From Tubulanus polymorphus (Eukaryota > Animalia > Nemertea): DNA of 64,000 nucleotides. Where the stretch lies: positions 16,888,560 to 16,952,559 of the forward strand of contig NC_134027.1 of NCBI RefSeq assembly GCF_964204645.1, read 5' to 3'. Below are positions 12,420-26,971 of the stretch, piece by piece (the stretch's first letter is position 1; every line of letters begins with the position of its first letter). Position numbers and translations under genes: made by a program. The notes beneath the pieces were generated by a model. That model saw nothing but the letters and a program-made list of their open reading frames with translations. It was not told the origin of the DNA and searched no databases.

Positions 12420-13791
12420 TCACTCCCCATCCAGCTTAAATTTCGTCCCGAAATTTTGAATTTAGACTAACTCATGTAAATCACGCTGAAACCTCCCTAG
12501 ACAGATCCTGAAAAAGAACCTCAATAAAAAACACAATTCATGCTATACGAGTAAATGTTTAAAGTTCATAACAACAACGCGTATTAAAATTCACGATACC
12601 CAATCGGAAAAAAGTACATTGCGACCGCTGTCTCCGCACACTAAACAATGAAAAAGTCAAGCACAAAACAGTACACAGTTTGAGTTTGAAATTCACCGCG
12701 AAGTGACGCAATAGCTACCAGCCACAACAAGGTACATCATGGACGGACGAATGACGTCATCCACCGCAGTTCCTCGCAGCGCGAACTGCTACGTCGATAG
12801 TACGGCAAAACGCATTCATGTTCCGCTGACATTTGCTCGCTATTCATAGACGCTATAGTACTACGGTTACTATATCGGAGTCATTTCTCCACAGTTAATA
12901 TAGAAAGGGAACAGTAATGTAACTGCATCATATACTGCTTGCGCGAACAACATTCCATTTAACGTAAATGAGAATACACGGGAGCCATCTTGAACACACC
13001 CGACTTCGTCCCGCTAAAATGTCTACGGAATTTCTCTTTTTTCTGCTTCTTTCGTATCGCGTTGGCCAGGTGTCTTTGTCCACCCTTCATCACTTAAGTT
13101 TGTTAGTATATAGCAAGTCTTCGAGAGTGACAAGCATCGCTAACCATGGCCATAATCGCATGACTAACATCGAGCATGAATCTATCCCGTTAAAACCAAC
13201 GCCCAAAGTTCGCTGTTGTATGTCGTATATTCGCTCCGTTTCTTCGTTATTTGACGAATCGGCAAATTAATATCACTCATCTCGACCAGAGCATACCAGT
13301 TGCTGGTTTATCATACTATCAGTTGCGTCGAATAGAGTTTCAGGATACCTCCCAACAAGTCCCCATCTCCATATGGTCACTACCAGGGGGTACCCGTCAA
13401 CATCTATTGCGGTTGACAGAAGAAGACATTCTTCCATCGTAGTGCTGTCATATCCCGACAGTCTCATCTTCACCCATCCGATAAGGGTACCTTACAATCA
13501 AATAAAACACAGAGATTATATAAAAATTCCATAACTCTTTCTTTTCTAACTGACAATTAATGACATCCATTCAGACTACAGATAATAAACCCTAGAGACT
13601 AGTGATATTTCAGCAAAAAAACAAATATCACGACAATCAAGCTATTATTCACTTTTATTTATGGTTGTCTTTATCTCCTGTATTAGATTAAACCCAGATC
13701 AGGAGTTAACTCATTGGCAACAATGCGTTATATATACTTCAGTTTCACAACACTTATGTAATTATATTTCGATAACTTACTGAAGAGGCGC

Positions 13792-15889
<2,098 letters not shown>

Positions 15890-16274
15890 GACCATAGTAA
15901 TTGGGAAAGTAGGCTTTCAGATCAGAGGGCGAGAGGGCGAGACACCACTCATCACCACAAGTAATAATTCAATTGAGTATGAGACACCACTCATCACAGC
16001 TAGGCTCTAGTGAGAACGGACGATTGCTCTGTGATACACATATACAGTGAGTGCGCGTAACAACAGCTGCGCGTGGATAGATCGATACAGTGAGTCTCTA
16101 CTGAGAACGGTTATAAACGCGTGTGCTATTACTGTAGTGCAGTGATTGCGTGTCAACTGTACCCGGATGAATAGATGCTGTGAGGCTTGGGTGAGAACGG
16201 TTAATAGCGTGTTTGTTATATACAGGGGGAAGTAATCCCCACTCAGCACCACAAATAATTTGTTTTCCTTATAA

Positions 16275-16600
16275 ATGGGAGATAGAAAAGCATTCTTAGC
16301 AACAATAAATAACAGAATAAAACCAGCAAAAAACAATTTGAAATAAAAAAGTTAGTTGATGTTAAAAAAGAAATTGAACATAAAATATTGAAATTAGAAA
16401 AGATAAAACCTAAATATGGAGAGAAAGTATCAGCTAATTTAAGCTACTGTAATGTTAGTACATCGCGAGAATTTAAAGTATTTTTACCTGATAAATGGGC
16501 TTCATTGAGTACAGAGGAATTAAAAGCTTTAGAAGGATTTAAAATAATCTATCATGGAAAAAATGAAGATGGCATTCATGATTTAGAAATTGTTGATTAA
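16275..16600 (+). pseudogene. Small beta-rich protein (possible ssDNA-binding), frameshifted
   Basis: KYGEKV..VFLPDKW..IIYHGKNEDGIHDLE matches 52594..52947; function is inference. Confidence 0.6.
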
Positions 16601-16629
16601 ATTTTTAAAAAATAAATTAATAAAAATAA

Positions 16630-16707
16630 TGAATATCTAGAATCCGAAATGACTTATCTGGACAATTTATTTGCTCCGCATAGATAGGTAAAGTAGTGAG
16701 ATATTCA
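16630..16707 (+). ncRNA. Conserved structured motif, copy in B
   Basis: tgaatatc/gatattca outer stem, acttatct/agataggt, ggacaa/ttgctcc; conserved ATCCGAAATGAC and AGTAGTGA. Confidence 0.55.
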
Positions 16708-17022
16708 ATTATTTTCATTTTTGATAGCAGTTGTTTCAGAATTATGAATATCATGAATTTTATTTGATTTCTTATACCAATTACACCCAATCAAAATGAA
16801 TACAATTACAAATCCAACTGTAAAATATAGACATTTATCAAATATTATATCATTAGAAGGATTAGAAATAACAATATTTTCACCATTTTTATTAACATTT
16901 TTATTACTTATTTTTTCTTTTACAGCTTTTTTATATTCTTGTGATTTAATTCCTAATTGCCGAGACCATTCAATTTTTTTCTGTGATCTCGGTTTTTTCT
17001 TCACTTCTTCCACCTTGTTCAT
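16705..17022 (-). CDS. Small basic single-TM protein
   Basis: RSQKKIEWSRQLG + hydrophobic helix; homolog of 40920..41279. Confidence 0.7.
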   Translation of the reverse strand: MNKVEEVKKKPRSQKKIEWSRQLGIKSQEYKKAVKEKISNKNVNKNGENIVISNPSNDIIFDKCLYFTVGFVIVFILIGCNWYKKSNKIHDIHNSETTAIKNENN

Positions 17023-17560
17023 TTATTATAGAAATATTTTTACTTTCAATATTTGAAAATGTTATAACCCCAGTTGATAATAATGTCATAAATCCACCTA
17101 ATTGAAATGATAAATATCCAATCCATTTATTTAATTCAGTCATAACTAAATAATCATTTTTTAAATCGGAATATAATCTATTTTCATCTTCAATTGGTAG
17201 TATATAATTACATAATTTACTATAACCTTTTACTACATTTTCTGATATCGCGTCATTAATTCTAGCTGTTCTCGCGGCTTCATAAATCTTAAATAATCTA
17301 ATAATTTCATCTGATTTCATTGTATCTAATTCATTATAAGTTAATTTTTTACCGATAAAATTTTTACATTTTCCAGATGCTATTAATATTTCTAATTGAT
17401 GTTTACAATAAAGATAATATTCATAATTATTATTTGTTGTAACATTATTTAAAGCACCATCATCTAGAGTTAATTTTGTTTCTGTTATTCCTAAATCATC
17501 TAAAGTTTTTTCAATTGGAACATCACCATTTTTAGATTTTATTTTCTTTTCACCTCCCAT
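16970..17560 (-). CDS. Conserved 196-aa accessory protein
   Basis: YEYYLYCKH..LYSDLKNDYLVMTEL shared with 40319..40909. Confidence 0.8.
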   Translation of the reverse strand: MGGEKKIKSKNGDVPIEKTLDDLGITETKLTLDDGALNNVTTNNNYEYYLYCKHQLEILIASGKCKNFIGKKLTYNELDTMKSDEIIRLFKIYEAARTARINDAISENVVKGYSKLCNYILPIEDENRLYSDLKNDYLVMTELNKWIGYLSFQLGGFMTLLSTGVITFSNIESKNISIINEQGGRSEEKTEITEKN

Positions 17561-17577
17561 TTATATAACAAATAAAT

Positions 17578-17864
17578 TAGTTGTGATGTTGTAACTAGAA
17601 TTCAACTAGAATGTAACTAGAATTCAACTAGATTAACAAGCTAGTTGAAATATTGTTGTTTTTGTTTATTTCTTGTTAAATCTAGTTGATTTTTGTTTCA
17701 ACTACTAACAACTAGAATTCAACTAGAATGTAACTAGAATTAAACTAGATTAACAAGCTAGTTAAAATATTGTTAAATCTAGTTGATTTTTGATACAACT
17801 ACCAATAACTAGAATTCAACTAGAATGTAACTAGAATTCAACTAGATTAACAAGCTAGTTGAAT
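17578..17864. repeat. Tandem CTAG-rich repeat tract (ACTAGAATTCAACTAGAATGTA...), about three higher-order units
   Basis: Visible repetition immediately downstream of the ATPase stop. Confidence 0.85.
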
Positions 17865-18473
17865 TTAAATAAATTCATATTTAAATGGGTGTTGTAATCT
17901 AAATGGTAATTTTGATCTTTTAATATTTTTCAACTTATCCATATATTCATTATGTAAATCATGTGGAATAATATCATTTTCCTCAAGTGCATTTTTCATC
18001 GATTTTCTATCTTTATTGTAGAATAAAACTAGAAATCTTATATTCTCCCTAAAGTCTTTAACAATTGAATTATATTTTTGATTTAAAACCCATGTTGTTA
18101 TCCCGAAATGTCTCCCAGAGAAAGCTAAATAACGTAACTCACTTTCTCTAACTTTTGAATCATGTAGATTAGCACAATCATCTATAATGAATAATGTATT
18201 TGATCCTTTATAAATATCAATTGCTATTTTAATACAATTATCTAAATTTTCTTTTACTGTTTTAGGATCTAATATAATGAATTTATTATTTCTAGTAATA
18301 TTTCTATCATAAGTTTGATTAAATTCATATGTTGGGCAAAATAATACTATATTATCAAAATAGTTTTCATAAACAGTTTCTAATAAATTTAATATAAAAT
18401 AAGTTTTTCCACAATTTGTTAAGCCAGATATTAACATATTATGAGGCTCAAATATAAATAATTCTTTATTCAT
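17865..18473 (-). CDS. A32/FtsK-like packaging ATPase
   Basis: GLTNCGKT, LFIIDD, GRH. Confidence 0.92.
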   Translation of the reverse strand: MNKELFIFEPHNMLISGLTNCGKTYFILNLLETVYENYFDNIVLFCPTYEFNQTYDRNITRNNKFIILDPKTVKENLDNCIKIAIDIYKGSNTLFIIDDCANLHDSKVRESELRYLAFSGRHFGITTWVLNQKYNSIVKDFRENIRFLVLFYNKDRKSMKNALEENDIIPHDLHNEYMDKLKNIKRSKLPFRLQHPFKYEFI

Positions 18474-19599
18474 TTATATATTTTTAATTTTACTTGATAA
18501 TATCCATTCATTGAATTTATCTGGCCATCCAACCCATTTTACTAAAGAATATTTTTTTCTTTTAATAGTTTTTGTTTTTAATACTTTTTCAATTTTATAT
18601 TCTTGTTCTAGATTTTCAGTAGTTAAACTTAATTCTTCTTCGTAAAAGTAGCCATCAACTTCTTCACCATCTAAATCTTCTTATTTATAGACATATGGTT
18701 TTGTTGTTATTACCTTTTTATTTTATATATTTCTCTAGTAAAATTTCGATCGTATCCTTTATCAAATATCTTTTTATACTTAGAAATTCTAACATTTTGA
18801 CCAACTTTAAATTTAGGTTCACCAAAATCATCTACAAGAAATGCTCCATATAAATTATTCCAAACAATTTCAGCATTTTCAGGTTTTCTAGCATCAATAG
18901 GTTTCATTCCAATAGAAGAATGATAAGAATTATTATATCCTTCTATCAATTTTGGTAAAACATCAATCCATTTAAAATTATTATTTGCTGTAAAATATTT
19001 CCACATTCTTGTTCTTAATGTTCTATCAAATCGTTCAACAACTGCTGCTTTTTTATCCGATTTTGTTGAAAAATATTTAATATTATGATTGTCTAAGAGT
19101 TCATGAACAAGTGAATTATCAAATTCTTTTCCATCATCAAATTGTATTTTTTCTGGTTTTAGTTTATCATCCGAAAGAAATTTTCTTAAAACATTTGATG
19201 TTTGTACAGCATCTTTTCTATAAAGTGGGAAGCTCCATACATAACGACTAAAAATATCAATTATATTCAATAACCAACAATAATCATCATTATCTTTCTT
19301 AACATTTTTCATATCAATTAAATCTCCTTGCCATTGTTGATCTACATAACTTACCATAGTTATACGAGTTTTATATTTTCTAACAATTTTTTATGTGTTG
19401 TGTATGTTGGTTGTTCTAACATAAATTCATTTATATCTTTATATTTAACTAAATTTTGTGGGATTATCTTATCTAATTTATCTTGTTTTACTTGACGCCA
19501 TATATTTTTGGTAGAAGAATAAGCAACCGAACTCTCAGGGTTGTAATATAAATTTCTTAAATATTGTTCTTTAGTATTAGGAGTTTTTTTACCACCCAT
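18466..19599 (-). pseudogene. rve integrase with chromodomain, frameshifted
   Basis: WQGDLIDM, IQFDDGKEF, AVVERF; chromodomain-like tail LVKWVGWPDKFNEWI. Confidence 0.9.
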
Positions 19600-19628
19600 T
19601 TATATATCGTTAATTTTAACTTTATATT

Positions 19629-20874
19629 TTAATATTGAATACTATCCAATTGTGAATTTACAATACTTAATTGTGCATCAGATATAATATAAATGTGCAT
19701 TTTGAAATGTTTGTCTCCTCTTTTCTTTGTCATGAATAATTGTATTCCATCTTTAGTGTTCTGTAGTTTTTTCCCAGAACCATGTAATGAATTATCCTCT
19801 GTTGTTCTAAAATCTAACCATAATGCATATTTATTGCCGGTATAATAATCAATTTGATTAATATTACAATTTTCAAATGATTTTACTTTTTCATTCATAA
19901 AATGTTTTCTAATTTCTGCCCATTGATCAATCATTCTCATTCCTTGACAAAATATTTTATTTGCTATTCCTTCAATAGTTATTTCTACTTTTGTTATTTC
20001 AGGATTATAATAATTATCAACCTTTATTGCGCCATTAGAATATGTTGCAATGGTAAAAATATTAATATACCTTTAATAGATCTTCTTGGGAAGTTAATAT
20101 TCTCATTAATTATTTCATTATTTGCATTAATAGTTACAGTTTTAAATTTATCAATATAATCATATAATAATGAAAATCCTTGATTGTATCGAGTTTGAAT
20201 TGTGCTAGCAATATTTTCATTAGTTACTGTGTCATATTCTAAACATATATTCGATAATTTATAACCCATATCTTTAACAACGCTAGATAATACAATTTCA
20301 TTTACAGGAGCAAATGTTATCTCAAATATAATATCTTCTTGAATTGCGTATTTATATAAAGGTGCATTATTATTTATCAATTCAAAGTCTAATGGAATTT
20401 TATATTTGCTTCCATAAATCGTTTTTATCAAATTATCTGTGGCACGAGTTACTATTGCGTCATTAGCTCCTGATCTTAATTTATTATGGTTTTCCGATTG
20501 AATACCCTGAAATATCATATTATTTCTATTTTCTTTAGTTAACCATAAATCTTTATAATGCATAAATAAATTATAATCATCTAAGAGAAAACTGTTTCTG
20601 GACCAATCGTTATAGTTAATTTTTTAATCAAATATCTCCCAACATTATCAACAACATAATTATTATCATGACCAATTACTTTTATATCAGCTGATAAATA
20701 AATACTATTTGGAACATAAAAAGTATTTTGTGTTAATCGAGGAATTCTAACGTATAAAGTTTCATCGGGATTAATATTAGAAGGGTTATGAGTAATTATA
20801 TGATGTGATCTTTCTGCTTTAATAGCATTAGATATTCTAGAAATCTTAGAAGGACTTATATAACTCCCACTCAT
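19629..20874 (-). pseudogene. Major capsid protein, two frameshifts
   Basis: Three ORF pieces nearly identical to 3870..5117. Confidence 0.82.
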
Positions 20875-20894
20875 TTATTTAACAAAAAAATTAA

Positions 20895-22318
20895 TTATCT
20901 ATTTTCTATTATTTTTTCTTGATATCTTTTTGATATCATATTCACTAACCCAAAAATAATAGCACTTACAACTGTAATTAAAAATAAAATAATATGTTCG
21001 GCAGCAAAGTTAATAATGTTTCCTGCAGATTTCAATATAAAACAAACAATTGATGCAATAATTCCTGGCAATGCTGCAGCAGATTTCTTTGATAGTTCCC
21101 ATAAATATTTTGCTAATTTCTTTAAACCATCTTTAACTTTATCTCGTATAGAATTATTATCATTCGGGGGTTTATCCGGTTTATTGGGAGTAGGAGTAGA
21201 TTTTAAAGCATTTGATATTGTTAGACCAATTGTTGTAAATAACATAGTTACAGCTGTTAGAATTGAAAGAATTGTTATTCCTAATTTAAATAATAATTTT
21301 ATTCTATCTTTTAATGATATCTTTAAAAATAACTTTTAATCTATTAATATTATAATCATATGATTTTAATAATAATTTAATTTCTTCTTTCTGTACTTCT
21401 AAATTATCTTTTAAATTACTAATTTCTTTTTCTAAACGTAATTCTTTTTGCCTATATTCTATTTTATCAATTAATTGATGATCTAAATCAGACTTTATTT
21501 GTTCTATTTCTTTATTTGCATTAGTTAATTCTTTTTCCAAATACATAATTTTTTGATCTCTTATACTTTTATTATGTGCAATTTTATCAGCTTCATTTCT
21601 TATACTAATAATTTCTCTAATTGCTTCATCAGAAAATATATTTAAATCTTCTAATTGTTGATCTGTTGCATCAATTAATCCATTCGGTAAAAGTTTTTCA
21701 ATTGAAACTTTATTTGATTTAAGTTTACTAGTTTTGGAAGTTATATTCTGTTCAGATGTTGTTTCTGTTTCTGATTTCTTTTTGATTATTTCAAATAATT
21801 CCTTAATTCTTTGTTTAAATACGTCTATATCATTATCAGTTAATTCTTGTTTTATAACATCAGTTATTACATTACTATTACTAATTCTTTTAATTCTATC
21901 TGGATCTAATTTTCTCAAAGTTAATTTTGTTATTATTTTTTTTATAAGTGATATCAATATAATAATCATCTTTCAAACGATAATAACATTTACCATTATC
22001 TAAAAATTTTAATTGATCTGCTAAAAGTCCAACGTCTTCATCATTTATGTTAAGTTTAGATTTTTCAATTAAATCTTCTAATTTAGGTATTTTGTTTAAA
22101 TTATCTAAATCTTGTTTTACTAAACCTGGGTCTAAATTTTCAGGATTTAATTGTGATTCTGCATTTTTAATATAATCAGGCATATTTAAATTATTATTAT
22201 ATCCTGGCTCATTACCGTCATTAAAACTTGTTTCACTAAAATCAGGTTGTTGTTCATCAGTTATGCCAGGTTTATCAAAAGGATCCATTCCAATATCTTC
22301 TCCACCTTCTACATCCAT
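20895..22318 (-). pseudogene. Acidic/coiled-coil/TM protein, frameshifted
   Basis: ORFs 21896..22318, 21304..21969, 20895..21245. Confidence 0.75.
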
Positions 22319-22334
22319 TTATATAATAAAAAAA

Positions 22335-23636
22335 TTAAAATTTAAAATATAATATTCCTCCTATAACAATTCCTATACAAGTTAAAGCTAATTTAGTATT
22401 TTCATGTAATTTATTATCATTATCAGTTTTAATTATATCATGTTGAATATTATCAGTTTTAATATTTTCTGTAGTATTGTAATCTTTTATTTTGGAATCA
22501 TTATCCAATTTAATATTCTTAGTTTTAGTTTCTGTTGATTGAATATGTTTTTTATTTTTTTCACCTTCCATTAATTTTGGAGCAGTAATTATCTTTGTAT
22601 TTATATCATTCAATCCAAATGAATTATTTATTGTTGCAGTTTTAATTAGATTATTATAACCAATTATATTTCCCATCTTTAATACTAAATCATTAGAAAT
22701 AATTAATAGATTAGGGCCTATACAATAATTTAGTCTTACATGAGATTTATCTAAATAATTTTGATATCTTACAATGTTTTCTGGAATCGATCTATTTTTA
22801 TCATTATGAATGGAATCTTCAAATAATACTTTGAATTGTTTCTGCGCATCGAATGAAGTGTTATCATTTCCAATTATTGGGGATCTTGTTTCAACTTGTG
22901 CGCCTAAAAAACATATCAAATAAGTTCTAATAGATTGATTTATTCTTTGTATACCTGATTTTGTAAAACCTTCACCATTTTCTAAAATGAAATTAACCCA
23001 ACCATTATTATTATCAATTTTATAATTATGATAAGCTGAAATCCTATGCATATAATCAATTCTTTTTATTTCAAACTCTTCACCAACACCTTGCAATTTA
23101 CCATGCGCTCTAAAATCGGAATTAATATTTATATTAAATTCATTACATATTTTATAAAACTTAGATAGGTTAATATTATTATCCAATTCTTTACAATATT
23201 TAGACCCGGGTAAAGGACATTCTAATTCATTTAATATTATTCTGATTTGAAAATATGTGTGAAATCTAAATATTGTGTGAATTAATTTTAAATCAGAATA
23301 CTTCAAATTTTTATCTAAGTTATTTAAATGATCATTCCAACTAATTCCGCATCCTGTTGTTGCACAATAAACAGCAAAATCTAATTGGTTCTGCCAATAT
23401 TTCATATTAGATTTTACTTTATATATATGATATTCATCTCGAGTAAAAGTAACTTCATATGTATTAAATATATTTTCCATTTTAGAAATAAAAAACTGTG
23501 ATTCAGTAACATAAATTTCTAAATTAGTTAATGAATTTAAAACTACATTTTTATATGTAATATTTTTTTCTAAATCTATTGCAGTAATATTATATTTAAT
23601 TTATTTATTATATAGGAAAGCTTTTGGAAACCCCAT
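22335..23636 (-). CDS. Conserved ~433-aa protein (early stop near 23600)
   Basis: WQNQLDFAVYCATTGCGISW; C-terminal TM. Confidence 0.78.
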
Positions 23637-23652
23637 TTATATAATTAAAAAA

Positions 23653-24083
23653 TCAATAATTAACTAATTCTTTTAATAATTTATCTTGTTCTTCAACTGT
23701 TATATGGCCATTTCAACTTATTATATAATGTAGTGTATTCTTTAATTTATTGATTTCTTTTATATTAGTTTTAATTTTTTTTTAAATTACTTTTTATATT
23801 TAATTTTGAACTTATACCGGTTAAAACACTTGAACTTAATCCTAACACGCCAATTGATATAGCTAAAGGTGTTAATGGACTGAATATTGCTAGAAATGTT
23901 ATAACAGAACTAATTGTAACCACTTATAATCAAATAATATATAATTTTACTTTTTAAATATTTTTTCTCCTTTATCTTTAAGTCAATTTCAAATTCTAAT
24001 ATTTGTTTTTCTAAATATGTTTTTAATTTAGTTTTATTTATATCATGAGGAATAATATCAATACTATCAACTTTATCTTCCAT
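23653..24083 (-). pseudogene. Two-TM membrane protein, disrupted
   Basis: DNA homology to 378..812 and 50329..50761. Confidence 0.7.
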
Positions 24084-24102
24084 TTATTTAGAAAGAAAAT
24101 TA

Positions 24103-24525
24103 CTAATTAGTAAATTTATATGCTACAAATATAACAATAACTGTTCCACCTAAAATCCAAATTATTTCATATTTCTGTTGTTCTTTACTTGGGGTATAAT
24201 AATCTGATAATTTAGGTTTGTATAGATGTAATTTTTCTTTATTGGTTACTGCGTTATATAAACTCATTGCATCATCAACTGATTGAAAATCTCTATGTGA
24301 AATCTTCTGATCATATAATTCTTTATTGATGTAATCCATATAGTTTTGTCTCTTTTCTCTATATTCTTCAGCTGCTTTATTGTATTTCTCTAATGCTAAG
24401 TTATGTCTTTTTTGTTCTGTTAATGAACCATTTTTATCAATATGCTTAAATAAATAACCACCACCAGTAAATGCTAAAGCGTTAACAATTGCCGATCCTA
24501 TAATAGTTATAATTGCAGAAGCCAT
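24103..24525 (-). CDS. 140-aa protein with N- and C-terminal hydrophobic segments
   Basis: MASAIITIIGSAIVNALAFTGGGYLF...; three copies. Confidence 0.82.
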   Translation of the reverse strand: MASAIITIIGSAIVNALAFTGGGYLFKHIDKNGSLTEQKRHNLALEKYNKAAEEYREKRQNYMDYINKELYDQKISHRDFQSVDDAMSLYNAVTNKEKLHLYKPKLSDYYTPSKEQQKYEIIWILGGTVIVIFVAYKFTN

Positions 24526-24549
24526 TTATTTAACAAAAAAATTATGCAT

Positions 24550-24771
24550 TTATATGGGAGGAATATATTTTTGTTTTTCTAAATAATCAATAGTTAAATT
24601 AGATAAAGTAACTGCTAATGTTAATTTTAAAATATCATTTATATCAAATCTATCAACATTAACACTTCCCATTTTGAATACTTTTTTTAATACCATTGAA
24701 TAACCAACAGTTCCAACTGATAGTAATGCGCCATTATATATTCCAGTTATTATCCACTTATTATCACTCAT
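24550..24771 (-). CDS. 73-aa hydrophobic protein
   Basis: Nearly identical to 51229..51450; T-run+TAAATG start. Confidence 0.78.
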   Translation of the reverse strand: MSDNKWIITGIYNGALLSVGTVGYSMVLKKVFKMGSVNVDRFDINDILKLTLAVTLSNLTIDYLEKQKYIPPI

Positions 24772-24813
24772 TTATTAATCAAAAAAATTACTATCTTCAA
24801 AATATTTAGTTAT

Positions 24814-25131
24814 CTAAGTGATGATTAATTTAACATTTATTTCATTACTACTTTTATGATTATCATATATTTCGGTTAATATGTTTTTAATATCATCTAT
24901 GATAAAATCTTCATCTAATTCATAAAATCTTAAAGATTCTCTAATTAAATTAGTAATCTTTTCTACATTTAAAGTTTCTTTATCTATTGTTGTTTCATAC
25001 TCAAATGTTGTTTCATTAGAAAATGCAATATTTTTGATATGTGTAATTACTTCATTAATGTTAAATTTCATTTCTTTCTCCCGTTTAAAATCAAATCCAA
25101 AACATATACTCGGTCCAACAGTTATATTCAT
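24814..25131 (-). CDS. Hypothetical protein
   Basis: Ortholog of 51451..51807. Confidence 0.75.
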   Translation of the reverse strand: MNITVGPSICFGFDFKREKEMKFNINEVITHIKNIAFSNETTFEYETTIDKETLNVEKITNLIRESLRFYELDEDFIIDDIKNILTEIYDNHKSSNEINVKLIIT

Positions 25132-25147
25132 TTATATAGTGAAAAAA

Positions 25148-25904
25148 TTACTCTTTACATCTTATAACTAATTCATAAATTACAGAAAAGTTATTCAAAT
25201 CAATTAAATAACCATTATGATTTCTTATTTCTAATTTAAAATTATTGAAATGTGGAATACAAGGTTTAAAATCACATTCAGTTAAATTATAATATATTTG
25301 CGTTCCAAATTGTTTAACATTTTTTAATGGTAAAATATTTAATATACTACAATTACAAATTGTATCTTTAGTTGCTTCAAATGTTTTTGGTGGGTCAATT
25401 AAATTGCAATAAATATAAAAATGTGTAAAAGGTATTAAGTTTGATCTACCTTCTGCGTATGCTGTAACAATATCTGGGTTAATTCCTAACAGTTTACCTA
25501 AAGGTTTTCTTACTGTAAATTTAAATTGTTCGTCATTAGCTAACCTAATCTTTATTTTATTAGAACTATCACTTTTTAAAATTCTAATACTAAATCCGGA
25601 ATCACTTCCTAATTTAGCTCGAGCTTTTCTATTAATTTCTTGTGCTGATGTATCTAAATTATATAATCCTGGTTTTAGATATAAAAAACCATTTATTCCT
25701 TTTTTTGTAAAAGATTGAAAAAATTAAATGTTCTAGACTTTTATCCGATATATTGTAAAATGAGTTACATAAACTTATATTTACTAATTTCAAATCAACA
25801 CAATTCTTAAATTCTCTATCTAATTGAACTATTAAATTATGTGATTTATAATTTTTAAGTTTTCTAGAATCAACAAATATTCTGTATTCTTTTAATTCTA
25901 CCAT
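25148..25904 (-). pseudogene. Minor capsid protein (penton), frameshifted
   Basis: Ortholog of 51824..52576. Confidence 0.72.
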
Positions 25905-25972
25905 TATTTATAACATAAAAAAATTACCGCTCATCACTAAAAATTAATTTTAATAAAAATTTTCCTAAATAA

Positions 25973-26971
25973 ATGGATGAGAAGATAGCATGCAAAATTT
26001 GTGGTGAACTTCTAAGAAAAAGTAATATGGCTCGACATATGAAAAAACATGAAGAAAATTATAAACCCCCTAAACTAAACTGTCCAAAATGTAATAAATT
26101 ATTCTCAAGAAATTATGTTAAAAAACATTCAGAGAAGTGTAAAATTAATGGTGCAACGGCTAATGTTGATAGTAATGAAAGTAATAGTAATTCTGTTGAA
26201 GTTGAACCTGAAATTATTTGGAAAAGACCTTTCTTATTCTATGACAAGGATAATATAAAAGATCATATCTGTGAGCCTTGTCAAGTAAAATATAGCCCTG
26301 AAAATATAGAAGATTGGGAGAATCATCAATTTCGTAAAGCACATATAGATAAAATTTCTAATAAATTTGAAACTGAATTCAATGAAAGAAAAGATAAATT
26401 ATTAGAAAAAATAAAATATGAGAAAACGTTACCAGATAATAAAGAAACAGTTGAAAAGTTAGAAAAACAATATAATGAATTAACAAGAAAAACATATTAT
26501 TGTATATATTGTAAATTGATTATTACAACAAGTAATTCAAATCTACATAATAGAACAATAAAACATAAAGAAAACGTAAGAAAATACCAAGAGCTTAATG
26601 AAGATCTATTACCAATAAATTATAAACAAAAATGCCCACAATGTAATTACGCGACCTTAAGACAAGAAGGTACTGTGTTATTTTGTAATGAATGTGGATG
26701 GCAAGAGAATTTATGGAGTGAAGAAAAAACTAGAAATTTTCTCATAGATCCAAAATTAAATTATCTAGATGAAATTTTTAAAATATTTTCTATAGAAGAT
26801 CATACACCAGAATATATGCAATGGCTTGAAAAAATTAAAATGATAGAAAATAAAAATGGTGAAATAACTAAAAAAGATATTATAAAAACAATTATTCCGT
26901 CAACATTTAACACAAAAGAAAAGAAAATGTATTTATATTTATTATTTAACGATTATTATGAAAAACCTTAA
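25973..26971 (+). CDS. Multi-zinc-finger protein
   Basis: CKIC..HMKKH, CPKC..HSEKC, CEPC..HQFRKAH, CIYC..HNRTIKH, CPQC..CNEC. Confidence 0.8.
   Translation: MDEKIACKICGELLRKSNMARHMKKHEENYKPPKLNCPKCNKLFSRNYVKKHSEKCKINGATANVDSNESNSNSVEVEPEIIWKRPFLFYDKDNIKDHICEPCQVKYSPENIEDWENHQFRKAHIDKISNKFETEFNERKDKLLEKIKYEKTLPDNKETVEKLEKQYNELTRKTYYCIYCKLIITTSNSNLHNRTIKHKENVRKYQELNEDLLPINYKQKCPQCNYATLRQEGTVLFCNECGWQENLWSEEKTRNFLIDPKLNYLDEIFKIFSIEDHTPEYMQWLEKIKMIENKNGEITKKDIIKTIIPSTFNTKEKKMYLYLLFNDYYEKP

Noticed and set aside
12968-13473. Short ORFs in the Gypsy 3' region
   Set aside because: No recognisable motifs; cannot be supported as genes
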